Translations under genes and position numbers: made by a program
Origin: a virus
Taxonomy: Duplodnaviria; Caudoviricetes
Length of the DNA: 46,593 nt
Strand: one strand, 5' to 3'
IMG/VR virus record: IMGVR_UViG_3300027419_000046
Span: 1 to 46,593 of that record
The notes under the pieces: generated by a model
What the model was told of the DNA's origin: nothing
Seen by the model: only the letters and a program-made list of their open reading frames with translations
Databases searched by the model: none
Shown here: positions 35,337-45,920 of the stretch, one piece after another
How positions within the stretch are numbered: position 1 is the first letter of the stretch
Layout: the number at the start of each line of letters is the position of its first letter

Positions 35337-38033
35337 TTATCTTCCTTTTGAATCGTTTATATCTGATAGTTCTTTTGTAACTTTTTGTATAACATAGTCA
35401 GCTTCTTCTTTAGAACTAATTGATTCTATGTTAAAAACTGGAGCAATAACTGTTTTATTGGATGTGGATGATACGGAACTTGCTGCCGCTGATGTTGAAG
35501 TTACAATAGGAGTATAGTCTTGCTCATAATAACTGCCTTGCCCGTACAGGTAATCTATTTCATAAGGTGAACCGGCGTTCCCTGTTGCTATGTTTACCAC
35601 TGTGTTTATACCTTGGCCTATTTTACCTTTCAACCAGTCCCACATATCCCCAGCGGCCTTAATTGCGTTCGTGGCCACATTAACTCCAGTTGAAATCCAT
35701 CCTGAAACTGTTCCAACTGCTGAATTCCATAGGGAAACAGCCCAACTAATTGCCCCCGTGGCTACATTTACACCCGTTGCGATCCATATAGATACGGTTG
35801 CAACTACCATGTTCCAAATAGCTATTACAGTGCTGCCCAACATGGTCACTTGCATTATAACAAAATTCAAGAAAGCCTGTAGTGTGTTCTTGACAACTAT
35901 AACTGGGGCCATGATTGCATTGAACACCCTCAAGAAAGTCAGATATAATACTCCCAAAATAGGGATCAGGCCGGGTGAGCAACCAGCAATAATACAGTAT
36001 ATCTTTTTCAAAGCATCGTAAACCCCACCACCAACGGTGGTAGGATCGTTAAAGTAGTTTAACACTTCGCCCCAGAGTTCTCCAATCCGAGCACCAAGAC
36101 CTCCAAACCAGGCAGGCAGGCCATTCCATGAACTAACTAACCATACATAAGCATCAGTGAACGGTTTTTTAATGGCATTTCCAGTATCTTCAGCCCAGCT
36201 ATTGAATGCTACACTCATTTCAGTTAATCCAACTCTGGCCTGGAAATAACCACTCATAACTCCTTCTCGGATCATTCCACCAATGTCACCCTTTTCCTGG
36301 GCTTGGAAAAAGGCTTCGCTGCTCCTATAATAATCCTGGTAATCTTTATTGTACTGTTGGAATGTTGCCTGATTCTCTTTCATTTTACGGGAATACGTAT
36401 CTTCACCTTTATTGATCCGTTCCATGGTGCCCGCATATTTGAGTTTAGGAGCATTGATATTATTCCAAAGCATGGCTGTTTTTTCTAGAGCGTTTCGAGT
36501 ATCTGGATCTGAACCCGTATCTTGGAGATATTGTTCTGGAGTTTGACCTTTAGCTGCTGCCGCCCCTGTTAATTCTGCCTGGTTACCTATTACTGTTCCC
36601 CTATCTTCTATCGCTTGCCTTACTTTGTGTGCTTCGATCCACCTATTTTCTGCATCTGTTGCCGCATTTGTATTGTTAGCTATTTCCAAACGTTTTGCAG
36701 CAAGCTGTTCTTCAATTAAAAACGTGCTTTTTCCAGCTTTAGCAGCCGCATCACGCTTTTCAATTAACTCAGATTCTTGGGTTTTCAAAACGTTTGCATT
36801 ATTCGCAAATGCATCTACCTGATCATTTCTTTGTTGTTGTGCCTGGTTCCAAGCAGCAGATGCACTATTAGCTTGACTCATGTAATACGCAACACCAATT
36901 AAAGCCGCAACCATTAATGCAAGTCCAGCAGCAGCTATAATTCCACTCTTACCTATTCCGGACATAGCGGATGATGCTTCGGTTGATTTTTCAGCCGCTT
37001 TCGATGCAGCACTTTGGTAAGTCATTATCGCATTTGCCGCTGCTGAGGCCGCACCAATTAAGGGTGAAAAAGCAATCACTGCCAGTCCAATTGACCCTGC
37101 AATAACTATCCAAATAGAACTCATTCCACCTGTTTTCTCATCCAGATCTAAAATATAATTCAACAATCTTTCAATATAGGGAAGTATTCTTTCACCAATT
37201 GTAGTGGCAGATAATTGGAGTTTACCCTTGAATTCTTCCATCTTGATTGAAGCTATATCAAGTTGACTAAGACCAGCATATCCTTCAGCCTTCAACGCTT
37301 TATCTAATGCCAATATTCGTGCGGAAACTGTGGTTTGACCTTCCAATGTATCCAGCTGCATTTTTAGAATACTGTCTCGTTCTAATTGTCCTGTATTTCC
37401 AGTGAGCACGTATTCTTTCAAATCCATCTGTGTTTCGAGTAAGGTTTTTCCCATGGACCGTGAAACTGTAACATAATCGGCGGCTGCATTACCAAGGGCT
37501 CTGAGTTCGGTTGATGATAAATTTGTTTGTTTGGCAACGGCCCCGGTCAATAACTGATTCATGAATGAATCGTCACCAGGGACATCTGCAACTATTTTCT
37601 GTATCTGAGAAATGTACTCATTCGCAGCGCTGGTGCTCATCTTGGTCTGGAGGTATGCGGCGTTAAATTGTTTAGCTGTACTGCCAGTCCACATGGCCTG
37701 GGCTACTTCCATAAGACCTATTCCACCAACAACCCCAGTTATTAAACTACCCATATCTCCTAAACTTTGTTTAGCAGCACTCGCCCCCGCCTTGATTGCT
37801 CCAAACGTCGATGTTGACTTCGTTTGTAGTTTACCCATTCCGGCTGATGCAACGGTCGTACCACTAGTTATGTCTCGTCCTATTGCTGATCCAGTTGTAC
37901 CTGCTGAATTTGCCACCTGATTGTATCCTGCTTTGGCTTTTGACATGTCGGCACTGAGTGAGGAGAACCCTCCCCCTTCGTATGCTGACCTTATGCGGAT
38001 AAGGAGTTCTTCTTGATAGCTCATGAGAATCAA
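35337..38033 (-). CDS. Tape measure protein
   Basis: 898 aa, Ala/Gly-rich, TM segments, periodic Trp repeats; follows the chaperone. Confidence 0.9.
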   Translation of the reverse strand: MILMSYQEELLIRIRSAYEGGGFSSLSADMSKAKAGYNQVANSAGTTGSAIGRDITSGTTVASAGMGKLQTKSTSTFGAIKAGASAAKQSLGDMGSLITGVVGGIGLMEVAQAMWTGSTAKQFNAAYLQTKMSTSAANEYISQIQKIVADVPGDDSFMNQLLTGAVAKQTNLSSTELRALGNAAADYVTVSRSMGKTLLETQMDLKEYVLTGNTGQLERDSILKMQLDTLEGQTTVSARILALDKALKAEGYAGLSQLDIASIKMEEFKGKLQLSATTIGERILPYIERLLNYILDLDEKTGGMSSIWIVIAGSIGLAVIAFSPLIGAASAAANAIMTYQSAASKAAEKSTEASSAMSGIGKSGIIAAAGLALMVAALIGVAYYMSQANSASAAWNQAQQQRNDQVDAFANNANVLKTQESELIEKRDAAAKAGKSTFLIEEQLAAKRLEIANNTNAATDAENRWIEAHKVRQAIEDRGTVIGNQAELTGAAAAKGQTPEQYLQDTGSDPDTRNALEKTAMLWNNINAPKLKYAGTMERINKGEDTYSRKMKENQATFQQYNKDYQDYYRSSEAFFQAQEKGDIGGMIREGVMSGYFQARVGLTEMSVAFNSWAEDTGNAIKKPFTDAYVWLVSSWNGLPAWFGGLGARIGELWGEVLNYFNDPTTVGGGVYDALKKIYCIIAGCSPGLIPILGVLYLTFLRVFNAIMAPVIVVKNTLQAFLNFVIMQVTMLGSTVIAIWNMVVATVSIWIATGVNVATGAISWAVSLWNSAVGTVSGWISTGVNVATNAIKAAGDMWDWLKGKIGQGINTVVNIATGNAGSPYEIDYLYGQGSYYEQDYTPIVTSTSAAASSVSSTSNKTVIAPVFNIESISSKEEADYVIQKVTKELSDINDSKGR

Positions 38034-38052
38034 CCAGGGGTTTAAGAATTAT

Positions 38053-38229
38053 TCAATCATCATTTTCATCAGATTCAGGGTCACTTAATTCATACCAAAT
38101 CTTTTCGATGATCATGATAGCATTCAATTGCAGCAATGTTAAGTCAGATATAGAATTAGTAAGGCGGTATTTCTGTTTCTTCAGAAGAGTAACCAGGTAA
38201 CCGCCACGACCTTTACTCCGTGGATCTAA
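38053..38229 (-). CDS. -1 frameshift extension of the tail assembly chaperone (gpGT-like, 58 aa)
   Basis: Start-less frame LDPRSKGRGGYLV...DENDD fills the gap up to the TMP gene; slippery G GAT TTT directly before TAG. Confidence 0.7.
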   Translation of the reverse strand, partial: LDPRSKGRGGYLVTLLKKQKYRLTNSISDLTLLQLNAIMIIEKIWYELSDPESDENDD

Positions 38230-38633
38230 AAATCCGTTAATTTGTTTAGATATTTTTCTTCGAAAGGATCAGTGAGTTGGCCTGAGATGAGTTTTATTTT
38301 CTCATAGACTTGTGTAACAACTCCTTTAGGTGCCTTTTTTATTTTTGAAATTTCATAAGGCATCCCATCTTTATCTAACCAGGACTTTGCACATACGATT
38401 TCTTCAAGGTCTTTTTTACTGTTTTTACCAGTTGACCGCACGGCTTTACTCCATTCATCATGAGGGATGGGGCGGAGATATATCCTTCTTTTTTCAACAG
38501 ACTTAGTTTTGATGTTATAAATCTCAATCACATCTTCAATGATCGCTTCTTTCCCTTCAACGATCAACGCTTCTAAGTCCAAGTCGTCGATGTCCTCAAA
38601 GCTTTCTATTCCTTTTGATTCTTCTTTACTCAT
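38226..38633 (-). CDS. Tail assembly chaperone (gpG-like)
   Basis: Between tube and TMP genes; LRP motif. Confidence 0.75.
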   Translation of the reverse strand: MSKEESKGIESFEDIDDLDLEALIVEGKEAIIEDVIEIYNIKTKSVEKRRIYLRPIPHDEWSKAVRSTGKNSKKDLEEIVCAKSWLDKDGMPYEISKIKKAPKGVVTQVYEKIKLISGQLTDPFEEKYLNKLTDF

Positions 38634-38639
38634 GTATAT

Positions 38640-39014
38640 CTACGTCCTTTTTTCTTCATGTCCTTGTGCTATGAAGCTTAAGTCTATTTTACGTTTAGAT
38701 TTGGGGTCACGTTTTACACTGCGTGATTCAAGTATACATCCGGTAAATATGTCTGTTACAGGCCCATCAACTACGGTTAATGGAATTCCTTCCGGATGTT
38801 CGGCCATTGCTTTATTTACGATTTTTTCATATTGTGTGTTGTATGTGTCAACTCTAGAAAGTTTACAAGTGAATTCTGGGAACTCTCCTCGGTCATATAC
38901 TGGACCATCGAAGGTGGCCTCTTTACTATTATCCCATTTCTCTTCGTAATCGAAACTAGTTCCACGGGCAAGTTGTACGTCTCCATAATATAATTTAACA
39001 GCCATCTTTATCAC
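38640..39014 (-). CDS. Tail tube protein
   Basis: Follows the sheath gene; FTGC...F.A beta pattern; size. Confidence 0.7.
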   Translation of the reverse strand: MIKMAVKLYYGDVQLARGTSFDYEEKWDNSKEATFDGPVYDRGEFPEFTCKLSRVDTYNTQYEKIVNKAMAEHPEGIPLTVVDGPVTDIFTGCILESRSVKRDPKSKRKIDLSFIAQGHEEKRT

Positions 39015-40417
39015 CCCACAATGTTTTTAATACGTTTATGCACGTGCTTGACCACGTCCTGGACTTTAACACTGATATCCATATTTAAAACCTGTGAATC
39101 AGATGTGGATCTTTCTAATGTGATTTCCATCTCCTGGACAATGTTATCATCAATCAGATTATTTTTCCGTTGAGTGGCTAGCCCAAGTAAAGCACCTGCT
39201 GATCTAGTTGCTCCAGGGTAATCCTTGACATCCATATAATTAGTTACAAAGAGAAGTGTTCTGGCAGTGACTAATTCATTGATTTTCTTACCAGTATTGT
39301 CTGTTTCCTGGTTGGTTGTCACTGCGGAGAGAACACCATATTTACTGTTTTTCCGGTTCTTTAATTTGAAGACAGTCACACCTGCATCAGCTAAGGCGTA
39401 CTCATCACTAGAACCGGGCTGGAAGGTTTGGTTTAATCCTGTGACATCGGAAATGGTTTTATTCGTAGGGCTTTCACTGACATTCATACCAGCCACATAT
39501 CCTGCATACCGGGCGGCTGTTTCTGCTTCATTTAGTTCGACTGTTCCCATGATGAATGTTTGATAGGTAAGTCCAAAGATGAATAAGCTGTCATTTGCAA
39601 GTGACAGGGTTCGGGCTTGGGTTACGGTGTTGTCCTTATCCATCCCTATGATGGTGCCTGAGGCGTTGTCGGCTTCGAAACGGTCTTGTAAGTATTGTTC
39701 CACGGTGGGGATGTAAGCCTCGTCAAGGAGGTCAGTGAATACCAGGATGTCATAAGACTCATTCTGGATCTCCACCAGGGCCTCTGAGAGTTCACTGGTT
39801 GAAGGGTCTGCTGTTTCAGTTCCACCTGAGAATGCGCTTGTAGTTACATCCTTTAAGGTTTTAGTCAAGTCTCCGACTGTTATTGATTCTATTACACTGG
39901 AATGGCTCTTGATTTTGTTATACACTGCTGTTGCATCTGCCAGGTTGTCCCAGGTTTCAATTACCTCGGTTCCGTTCATGATTGTTACTTTCTTACCTGC
40001 GATGGATCCGGCTGCGATGGTTATTGTGAGGTCATTTGCCCAGGCCCCACCCTTCGCATATAAGGTCATCACAGTGACTGGAGCGGGGTCCGTGGTGGTG
40101 TCGACAAGTACACATGATGCAACAGTCCGAGCCCCAGCATTGATGAGTATTGCACTGGTTGCCCCGTAATTGTTATTATCTGTGTCTGGTTTGAAGATTA
40201 AAGGTATTATGCTACTCCCTGGGAAGGCGGGGTCATTACCTACAATATCAAGGGCTTCATTAGCATTCCTGGCGAAGTAGGGTGTGTTTTCGTCTCCTTT
40301 TTCAAAGACACCAACAACCGCAACAACACCAGCTGTACCCATGGCCGCTGAGATGTCGGGTTCGACGAACTCAGCACTTCTGCCAGGTATGGTTGTATCT
40401 ATGTTCATGATTCTCAT
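39011..40417 (-). CDS. Tail sheath protein
   Basis: IPG...E, GVVAVVG.FEKG, A..G.W.N, F.GG, AAR.AG..A...S.TN, L...GV; 468 aa. Confidence 0.88.
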   Translation of the reverse strand: MRIMNIDTTIPGRSAEFVEPDISAAMGTAGVVAVVGVFEKGDENTPYFARNANEALDIVGNDPAFPGSSIIPLIFKPDTDNNNYGATSAILINAGARTVASCVLVDTTTDPAPVTVMTLYAKGGAWANDLTITIAAGSIAGKKVTIMNGTEVIETWDNLADATAVYNKIKSHSSVIESITVGDLTKTLKDVTTSAFSGGTETADPSTSELSEALVEIQNESYDILVFTDLLDEAYIPTVEQYLQDRFEADNASGTIIGMDKDNTVTQARTLSLANDSLFIFGLTYQTFIMGTVELNEAETAARYAGYVAGMNVSESPTNKTISDVTGLNQTFQPGSSDEYALADAGVTVFKLKNRKNSKYGVLSAVTTNQETDNTGKKINELVTARTLLFVTNYMDVKDYPGATRSAGALLGLATQRKNNLIDDNIVQEMEITLERSTSDSQVLNMDISVKVQDVVKHVHKRIKNIVG

Positions 40418-40423
40418 TCCTCC

Positions 40424-40666
40424 TTATCTTTTGATGAATACTTTCTTATCCCGATATTTGGCGTATTCTCTTTTGAATTCGCTTAAACTTGCCTCTGTAC
40501 CGTCTTCGGCTTCGAGTGACGCTTTGAACCCTGTATAGGTCATGTTGTCAATGTTTTCTATTTGTTTAAATACTATCAGGCTTATTTTATCTTCCTTAAC
40601 CTCTTCATTAACCGCTTCCTTAACCTCTGCTTTAGGTTCTGCTTTCTTCTTACCAGTCATTTTCAT
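40424..40666 (-). CDS. Small basic protein preceding the sheath gene
   Basis: Operon context. Confidence 0.55.
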   Translation of the reverse strand: MKMTGKKKAEPKAEVKEAVNEEVKEDKISLIVFKQIENIDNMTYTGFKASLEAEDGTEASLSEFKREYAKYRDKKVFIKR

Positions 40667-41142
40667 TCAACCTCCACGTTCACGTTAATATCATCAAATT
40701 CCTCTTCAGGTATTCCGTAATCTTCGCTGACTTGGAATGATACTTGTATATGTGCCTTTTTAACAGTGTAACTACTATCATATTCGGGGGTTATCTTTTC
40801 AATAGTCATGTACTGACTGTATTCTGCCATCACAGTGCTTTTACGTAATACTTTAATTATTGCGGTTGTAACGTCCCGTAATAGTTTCATTGCTTTTAGG
40901 TAGTTTGGTTTTTTAATACCAATTTCCAAAATGTAGTACACTTTTCTTTCATCGTAGTCATATCCAGGGGTGGTGACATCGTTATCGTAGTTGTAGATCA
41001 TGATCCGGCGGGGTTGTGGCATCTTTGCATTTTGTCCGGGGAATACTACATCGTAATGAGTAAGTATAGGCACGTCAAGGGCTGTATCTGTTTTAGCCTC
41101 ATCCAATGCCTGTTTAATAGTTTCATCCAGGTCTGGATACAT
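40663..41142 (-). CDS. Tail terminator/completion protein
   Basis: Synteny and size. Confidence 0.55.
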   Translation of the reverse strand: MYPDLDETIKQALDEAKTDTALDVPILTHYDVVFPGQNAKMPQPRRIMIYNYDNDVTTPGYDYDERKVYYILEIGIKKPNYLKAMKLLRDVTTAIIKVLRKSTVMAEYSQYMTIEKITPEYDSSYTVKKAHIQVSFQVSEDYGIPEEEFDDINVNVEVE

Positions 41143-41167
41143 AAATAATCACTCCAAAAAAAGGGTT

Positions 41168-41677
41168 CTATTTGTTACCAACGGCCTTACTGAGTTCTTT
41201 CATCATGATCTTAGGGAACATGGCCCTCATGGATCTCCTAGTAGGTTCCACATAGGGCCTTGGTTTGGCGGGGCCAACACTTCGCCTGAAAAGAACCTTA
41301 CCACCTATCGTGAATTTCAGTGCAGCTGCACCAATATGCTTACCAAGATAACCAACATGCTGAGTATTAGAAGTTGCTCGAAGCTTCGGATAGACAGGAC
41401 CACGGCCTTTCTCTAAAATAAGAGGGTATATTTCATTAGTGAAAACACCAACAGTCCGACTGTATTCACCTGTTTTAATAGATTTAATACTTCTTAGAAT
41501 CTTCCCAGATTTACTGTGAGGGCCGTGTATGGCCTTCATCTGCCTTTCGCCGAACTTCCCTGTTTCATCCAAGCCCTTAATAACTCCAGCTTTGACCTTA
41601 ACTGATCGGACTTTGTTTGCTGCTGCCAGCTTGTCGATATTGGAATCGATTGTTGTCCTGACAGACATCCTAGTCAC
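41168..41677 (-). CDS. Neck protein (HK97 gp10-like)
   Basis: SG.I.RSI, Y...LEKGR, ALKF...F.RSV...PRPY. Confidence 0.75.
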   Translation of the reverse strand: MTRMSVRTTIDSNIDKLAAANKVRSVKVKAGVIKGLDETGKFGERQMKAIHGPHSKSGKILRSIKSIKTGEYSRTVGVFTNEIYPLILEKGRGPVYPKLRATSNTQHVGYLGKHIGAAALKFTIGGKVLFRRSVGPAKPRPYVEPTRRSMRAMFPKIMMKELSKAVGNK

Positions 41678-42137
41678 TCACATAAGTAGAGGTGTAGATG
41701 TGAACATCTGAGACACCATCATCATTCTTATCATCCAAATAAGGTTTTAACATAGCCTTTGCTTCCCAAATCTTCTTATCGCCGTAGGTGTTCGGGTCAT
41801 CCTGTTCTTTGCCTTCATTGACTTTGACAACATACTTATTCCAGAGCAGTCCGGCTGCCCAGGTTGCCACGGCTTCGGCGGTTAAAGTATTATCTGGGAG
41901 TTTGGATGAGTCAGTTAGTCCTATATAGGCTGCTGCTCTTACTGTTGCCTTGGTGATGAATTTCTCCACTTCTGTTGATAGGATTGTGTGTACTTCACCA
42001 TCATCGGTTGGTGCCTCTGGTTCAGGTTCGGGCGCTTCAGGGTCTTCTGGAGGCTCTTCTGGTTCTGGTTCGGTTGGCGGGTCTGTGATAACCCAACCAT
42101 CCAACAGATCCAGGACGTTTTCAACACTAGCAGCCAC
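41670..42137 (-). CDS. Head-tail adaptor with Pro/Glu-rich insertion
   Basis: Synteny; EPEPEEPPEDPEAPEPEP low-complexity loop. Confidence 0.6.
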   Translation of the reverse strand: MAASVENVLDLLDGWVITDPPTEPEPEEPPEDPEAPEPEPEAPTDDGEVHTILSTEVEKFITKATVRAAAYIGLTDSSKLPDNTLTAEAVATWAAGLLWNKYVVKVNEGKEQDDPNTYGDKKIWEAKAMLKPYLDDKNDDGVSDVHIYTSTYVSD

Positions 42138-42149
42138 GAGATCATCTCC

Positions 42150-42602
42150 TTAAGGCATTGCAAATACTCTGTATTTTGCTCCGGTTGTGGCTGTAACGAT
42201 CACATTAGTTGAACCTTTTGTGAATGTGATTGTAGCACCATCGGTTCCAACCAGACTAGGTATGATCAGCACCAATGCAGGTTCTACTTCTAAACCGTGA
42301 GCTATGTTTTGAGCCGTACCATCACCGGTCTGTTCATCAGATAAAAAATAATCCATTTTACTTGAATCCACAGCAGCAGCACCTAGTTTACCGTTTTCGA
42401 TTGCAGCGTCTGCAACTTTATCGGTTTCAACCGCACCATCTGCCAGTTCGGGGGTATCAATAGAACCTTCGGCAACAACACCGGACTCAACATCATCAAT
42501 TCTATCATCTAACTCTTCTAATTCTCTCCAAACCTTTCTAAAGGCTTTCCGAGGGTTCTTACCAAAGGCAAGAAGCCCGCCTAATGTTCCTAATAGTGCC
42601 AT
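42150..42602 (-). CDS. Head fibre/decoration protein
   Basis: 10-aa LADGAV.T.K-type repeats plus an IAHGL...P domain. Confidence 0.6.
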   Translation of the reverse strand: MALLGTLGGLLAFGKNPRKAFRKVWRELEELDDRIDDVESGVVAEGSIDTPELADGAVETDKVADAAIENGKLGAAAVDSSKMDYFLSDEQTGDGTAQNIAHGLEVEPALVLIIPSLVGTDGATITFTKGSTNVIVTATTGAKYRVFAMP

Positions 42603-42644
42603 GAATGCACCTCCTATAAAAAAAGAGTTTTAAAAGGATGGAAG

Positions 42645-43601
42645 TTATATTCCGTCCCCTTCACCGATAACATCTTCAATTTTAACCACAGGCAAGTAGT
42701 TTAACCACATTTCCACAGTTGTAGTGAATGGGTTTTTGTCCATAGTAGTCACGTTGATGTTAATACCAGTATAGGTTGTTGCCTCGTTTGGGTCGGCTTT
42801 AGGTATTTCGATACCGAATTTAGGGTCTATGTACCTGTATGTTTCAAATCCAGGGTGGACGTTAGGCCTTAAATCCATGGTTAGGTATTTGCCTTCGGTG
42901 TACTGGTCATTGACATTGTAAAACTGTCTTCCAGCCATGGCAGGATTGCCAGTGATTTCGATTATGTTCTCACCAACAAATTGAAAGTCAATGTCCATGT
43001 CAATAAGGAACTCTGCAAGTTCCTTGTGGTTGTTGAAGTGTAGGAAAGTGGTGTAAGCCCTGTTAGGATATCCATAGTCTATGAAATCATACCACGCTTC
43101 AATCATATCCTTAATAGGGTTCTGATCACCCGTATTAGAATCCCATACGGTTGTAGGGTTATAAGTTAATTCTTTAGCTCCAGCCTGTAACACTTGTAAT
43201 GTGAATTTATTCACAGCATAGGAAATACCATACCCTGCCTTTTTCATCTTCACATTCAAATCACTAATAGTTCTAACAGAACTGGAAAGCACATCCCGGG
43301 ATATGTCAAATTCATATCCAATCTTAGGAATCTTACCTTCTAACGAGGTGATATTCCTCATTTTGAGTTTGGTTAGTGCTGCTTCTTCACCGGCTGGGGC
43401 CGGTAAAGTCATCACCCCGTCCTGTAAGTCTTTATTCGCTGTGTTTTCTAGCACATCGTATATAACAGCCCGTTCAGTTGTGTCTGTGTTGGGCGCTAGG
43501 TTGTTAAAAAATAGTTGAGGTTCTACAATTTCACGTAACTCTTCATCTAATTTGAAAGGGTTTAGGTATGCTTCACCAGGTAACATATCAGTCATAATCA
43601 A
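42645..43601 (-). CDS. Major capsid protein (HK97 fold presumed)
   Basis: 318 aa, position after scaffold and cement genes; W......NPI.D motif. Confidence 0.75.
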   Translation of the reverse strand: MIMTDMLPGEAYLNPFKLDEELREIVEPQLFFNNLAPNTDTTERAVIYDVLENTANKDLQDGVMTLPAPAGEEAALTKLKMRNITSLEGKIPKIGYEFDISRDVLSSSVRTISDLNVKMKKAGYGISYAVNKFTLQVLQAGAKELTYNPTTVWDSNTGDQNPIKDMIEAWYDFIDYGYPNRAYTTFLHFNNHKELAEFLIDMDIDFQFVGENIIEITGNPAMAGRQFYNVNDQYTEGKYLTMDLRPNVHPGFETYRYIDPKFGIEIPKADPNEATTYTGININVTTMDKNPFTTTVEMWLNYLPVVKIEDVIGEGDGI

Positions 43602-43616
43602 TTCCTCCTATTCTTT

Positions 43617-44231
43617 TTATTCCACTGCGTCTACGGTTGTTCCACTTTCATATCCTTCAAGAACCGCAATAGTCGCTGTACTGGCAGCGCTTGAAGAAGC
43701 AGTCACGGCCTGTAAAGCCATCCTACTAGTCAGTGTAGCGGATTCTTGGAAGTAGTTTGCATAACTGGACACTGCACAGGGTTTAAGGAAATCACCCACG
43801 GCGAGGTTATCACTTTGTGCTAAGTAAACTGGCAGTTGCCTAATTCTCTGACCATAAACCAGGATAGTGGCTTCTCTCTGCTCGTAGTTTCCAGCAGTGT
43901 ATGTTCCAACTTTTGGGCCAACACCTACGAAATCAACCTTAGAAACTATTTCACCGAACACTTGGTCATCAGTGTGAGCTCGTGGAGCTACTACGATATA
44001 GCCTTCACTGTCCACCCCGACTAAAACAACCTGATCCCCTGGTACGATCCCAGTATCATCTTCGGTTGGTCCAGATGCTGGAGCAGCAAACGAGTAATCC
44101 ATCTGAAGACCACGGAAACCTTCCCGTTTGGTTACAGTCAGAGTACCTTCACTAAGTCTGCACCTAATCTTTAATTCGGCTGGTTTATCAGGGAAATATT
44201 CAGGTAGCATTTTAACAGTCATCCTAATCAT
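43617..44231 (-). CDS. Capsid cement/decoration protein
   Basis: Synteny; L.VGD.L...ALQA pattern. Confidence 0.55.
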   Translation of the reverse strand: MIRMTVKMLPEYFPDKPAELKIRCRLSEGTLTVTKREGFRGLQMDYSFAAPASGPTEDDTGIVPGDQVVLVGVDSEGYIVVAPRAHTDDQVFGEIVSKVDFVGVGPKVGTYTAGNYEQREATILVYGQRIRQLPVYLAQSDNLAVGDFLKPCAVSSYANYFQESATLTSRMALQAVTASSSAASTATIAVLEGYESGTTVDAVE

Positions 44232-45558
44232 CCTCCTTCTTCACTTTTTTGACAACACCTTTACTCTGTTTGGCATTGAGTCTCTGAGCATCTTCCCACT
44301 GTTTCTGTTTCACAGGGTCGTCAAACTGTTTACCTCCAGGGGTTGCTGGAGGGTTAGTTCCTTCAATCACTCCCCCGGCCCCGGTGGGAAGTTCAAGACT
44401 GTTTAAGACCATTACGCCTTCTAACTGCTTAACGTTCATGGCCTCGAAGTCCTTCCGTTTGGCTTCTCTTTCAGCCTCAGGGACTTTCTCCATGATGCTG
44501 TTGACCATCTGTTCTTTTACTTCGCCTTCCTTGGTCCAGATAGGAATTAACTGTTCTCTGAGTTCGCCTTCTTCTTTTTTAACCTTATCAAATTCGGCTT
44601 TACCTTTATTGTAGAGTTCTTCGCCTTTTTTGTATTTGGTTTCTAAGTCCTCATGTGCTGGTTTTAACGCTTCGTAATCGGCTTTAGCTTGCTTAAGAGC
44701 GTCATATTCGTCTTTCTTTATATTAACTATTTCTTCTTTCAAGTTACCATCTCCTTCTTTAATGTTTTCAGGTATTGAGTTTAAAACAACGTTACAAACA
44801 CCTGTACTTTTATCTCGTGGGTTCTTATCCCAAATCAGGCCATTATATTTGAACTCTTTAAAATTAACATTGTTATCTCCATATTTTTCTACTGACTTTG
44901 GAACCACCTCAGTACTAGGGCCCTCCTTAACTGGCAACCCTTTGTTACGGCTGTTAAGTGCCTGTTCAATTAGAGGAACATAAGTTGAATCAAATACCTC
45001 CCAATCAGTGTACCCCCCATAATTTGGGCAGTAACCAGTGTTCACCACTTGGGCAAACTTATTAGGTGTTTTCGGGTTTCTGAGTCTTGAGTGGTTATCC
45101 TGGGAACGATCATAAACATACTCCCCTAATAAGCCACCAATCGCCTGTTTGATTCCTTCTTCATCATATTTCACTGAGTCAATCCCTATATCCTGGGCGG
45201 GTAGTTCATCAGGTGTTTGAACCAAGACCCTGTAAACTGGGTTCTTTGTTTCACTGTTTAACAGAATGAATGGTTCGCCCTGTTTCATGCTGTTGTTAAT
45301 CTGTTCAGCAGTGATAAATGATTCATCGTGTTCTGTTTCTTTTAATTCCCCTAACGTTACGGTCTCGCCTTCGATTGTATACGAAACTTCATAGAATTTG
45401 TTTTCAGACCAATTCATCAAGATAGCAATGCCATCTTCAGGGTAGGTGGCCTTTAAATCGTAAGGATTGTATCCGGTTTCGTCTTTAAAGGTTTCGTTGA
45501 CGGCTGCACGGATCAGGTCTCGTGTGTATTCATAGCTGTCACTATACTTTCTTTCCAA
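44224..45558 (-). CDS. Prohead protease/scaffold fusion
   Basis: H...S.E...P protease-like core followed by a coiled-coil scaffold; synteny. Confidence 0.55.
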   Translation of the reverse strand: MERKYSDSYEYTRDLIRAAVNETFKDETGYNPYDLKATYPEDGIAILMNWSENKFYEVSYTIEGETVTLGELKETEHDESFITAEQINNSMKQGEPFILLNSETKNPVYRVLVQTPDELPAQDIGIDSVKYDEEGIKQAIGGLLGEYVYDRSQDNHSRLRNPKTPNKFAQVVNTGYCPNYGGYTDWEVFDSTYVPLIEQALNSRNKGLPVKEGPSTEVVPKSVEKYGDNNVNFKEFKYNGLIWDKNPRDKSTGVCNVVLNSIPENIKEGDGNLKEEIVNIKKDEYDALKQAKADYEALKPAHEDLETKYKKGEELYNKGKAEFDKVKKEEGELREQLIPIWTKEGEVKEQMVNSIMEKVPEAEREAKRKDFEAMNVKQLEGVMVLNSLELPTGAGGVIEGTNPPATPGGKQFDDPVKQKQWEDAQRLNAKQSKGVVKKVKKEDD

Positions 45559-45599
45559 AACTGTTCACCTCCATAATTTAATTTAAAATAAGAAGAAAA

Positions 45600-45911
45600 T
45601 TAATCACTTTGAGCCTTAATAATCTGAATCATAGCTTGATGTAAAAGTAAACTAACAGATTCAACAAACACCTCATCATAAGGTCCTGGAACTCCAGTTT
45701 CATGGCCTAAAGTATCAATGATCATGTGTACTAACTCATGAACGAATACTTGTTCTGTTTTCTGTTTAGGTCTTCCAGAAGTGTTATAGAGACATATAAC
45801 TGCCTGTGTTGCGTTTGCACTGCCACTAAATCCCGGGCTCGATTTCTCATCTAAGTCTTTATGAACTGTGAAATCAATAGCACCTAAAGTTATTTTATCT
45901 GGAATCTTCAT
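45600..45911 (-). CDS. Small HExxH Zn-metallopeptidase-like protein
   Basis: MKIP.KI..G...VFVHELVH...E.FVE. Confidence 0.7.
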   Translation of the reverse strand: MKIPDKITLGAIDFTVHKDLDEKSSPGFSGSANATQAVICLYNTSGRPKQKTEQVFVHELVHMIIDTLGHETGVPGPYDEVFVESVSLLLHQAMIQIIKAQSD

Positions 45912-45920
45912 TCATTCACC

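Noticed and set aside
35590-44983. Numerous plus-strand ORFs across the structural module
   Set aside because: Antisense shadows of long minus-strand genes, lacking SD motifs or recognisable domains.
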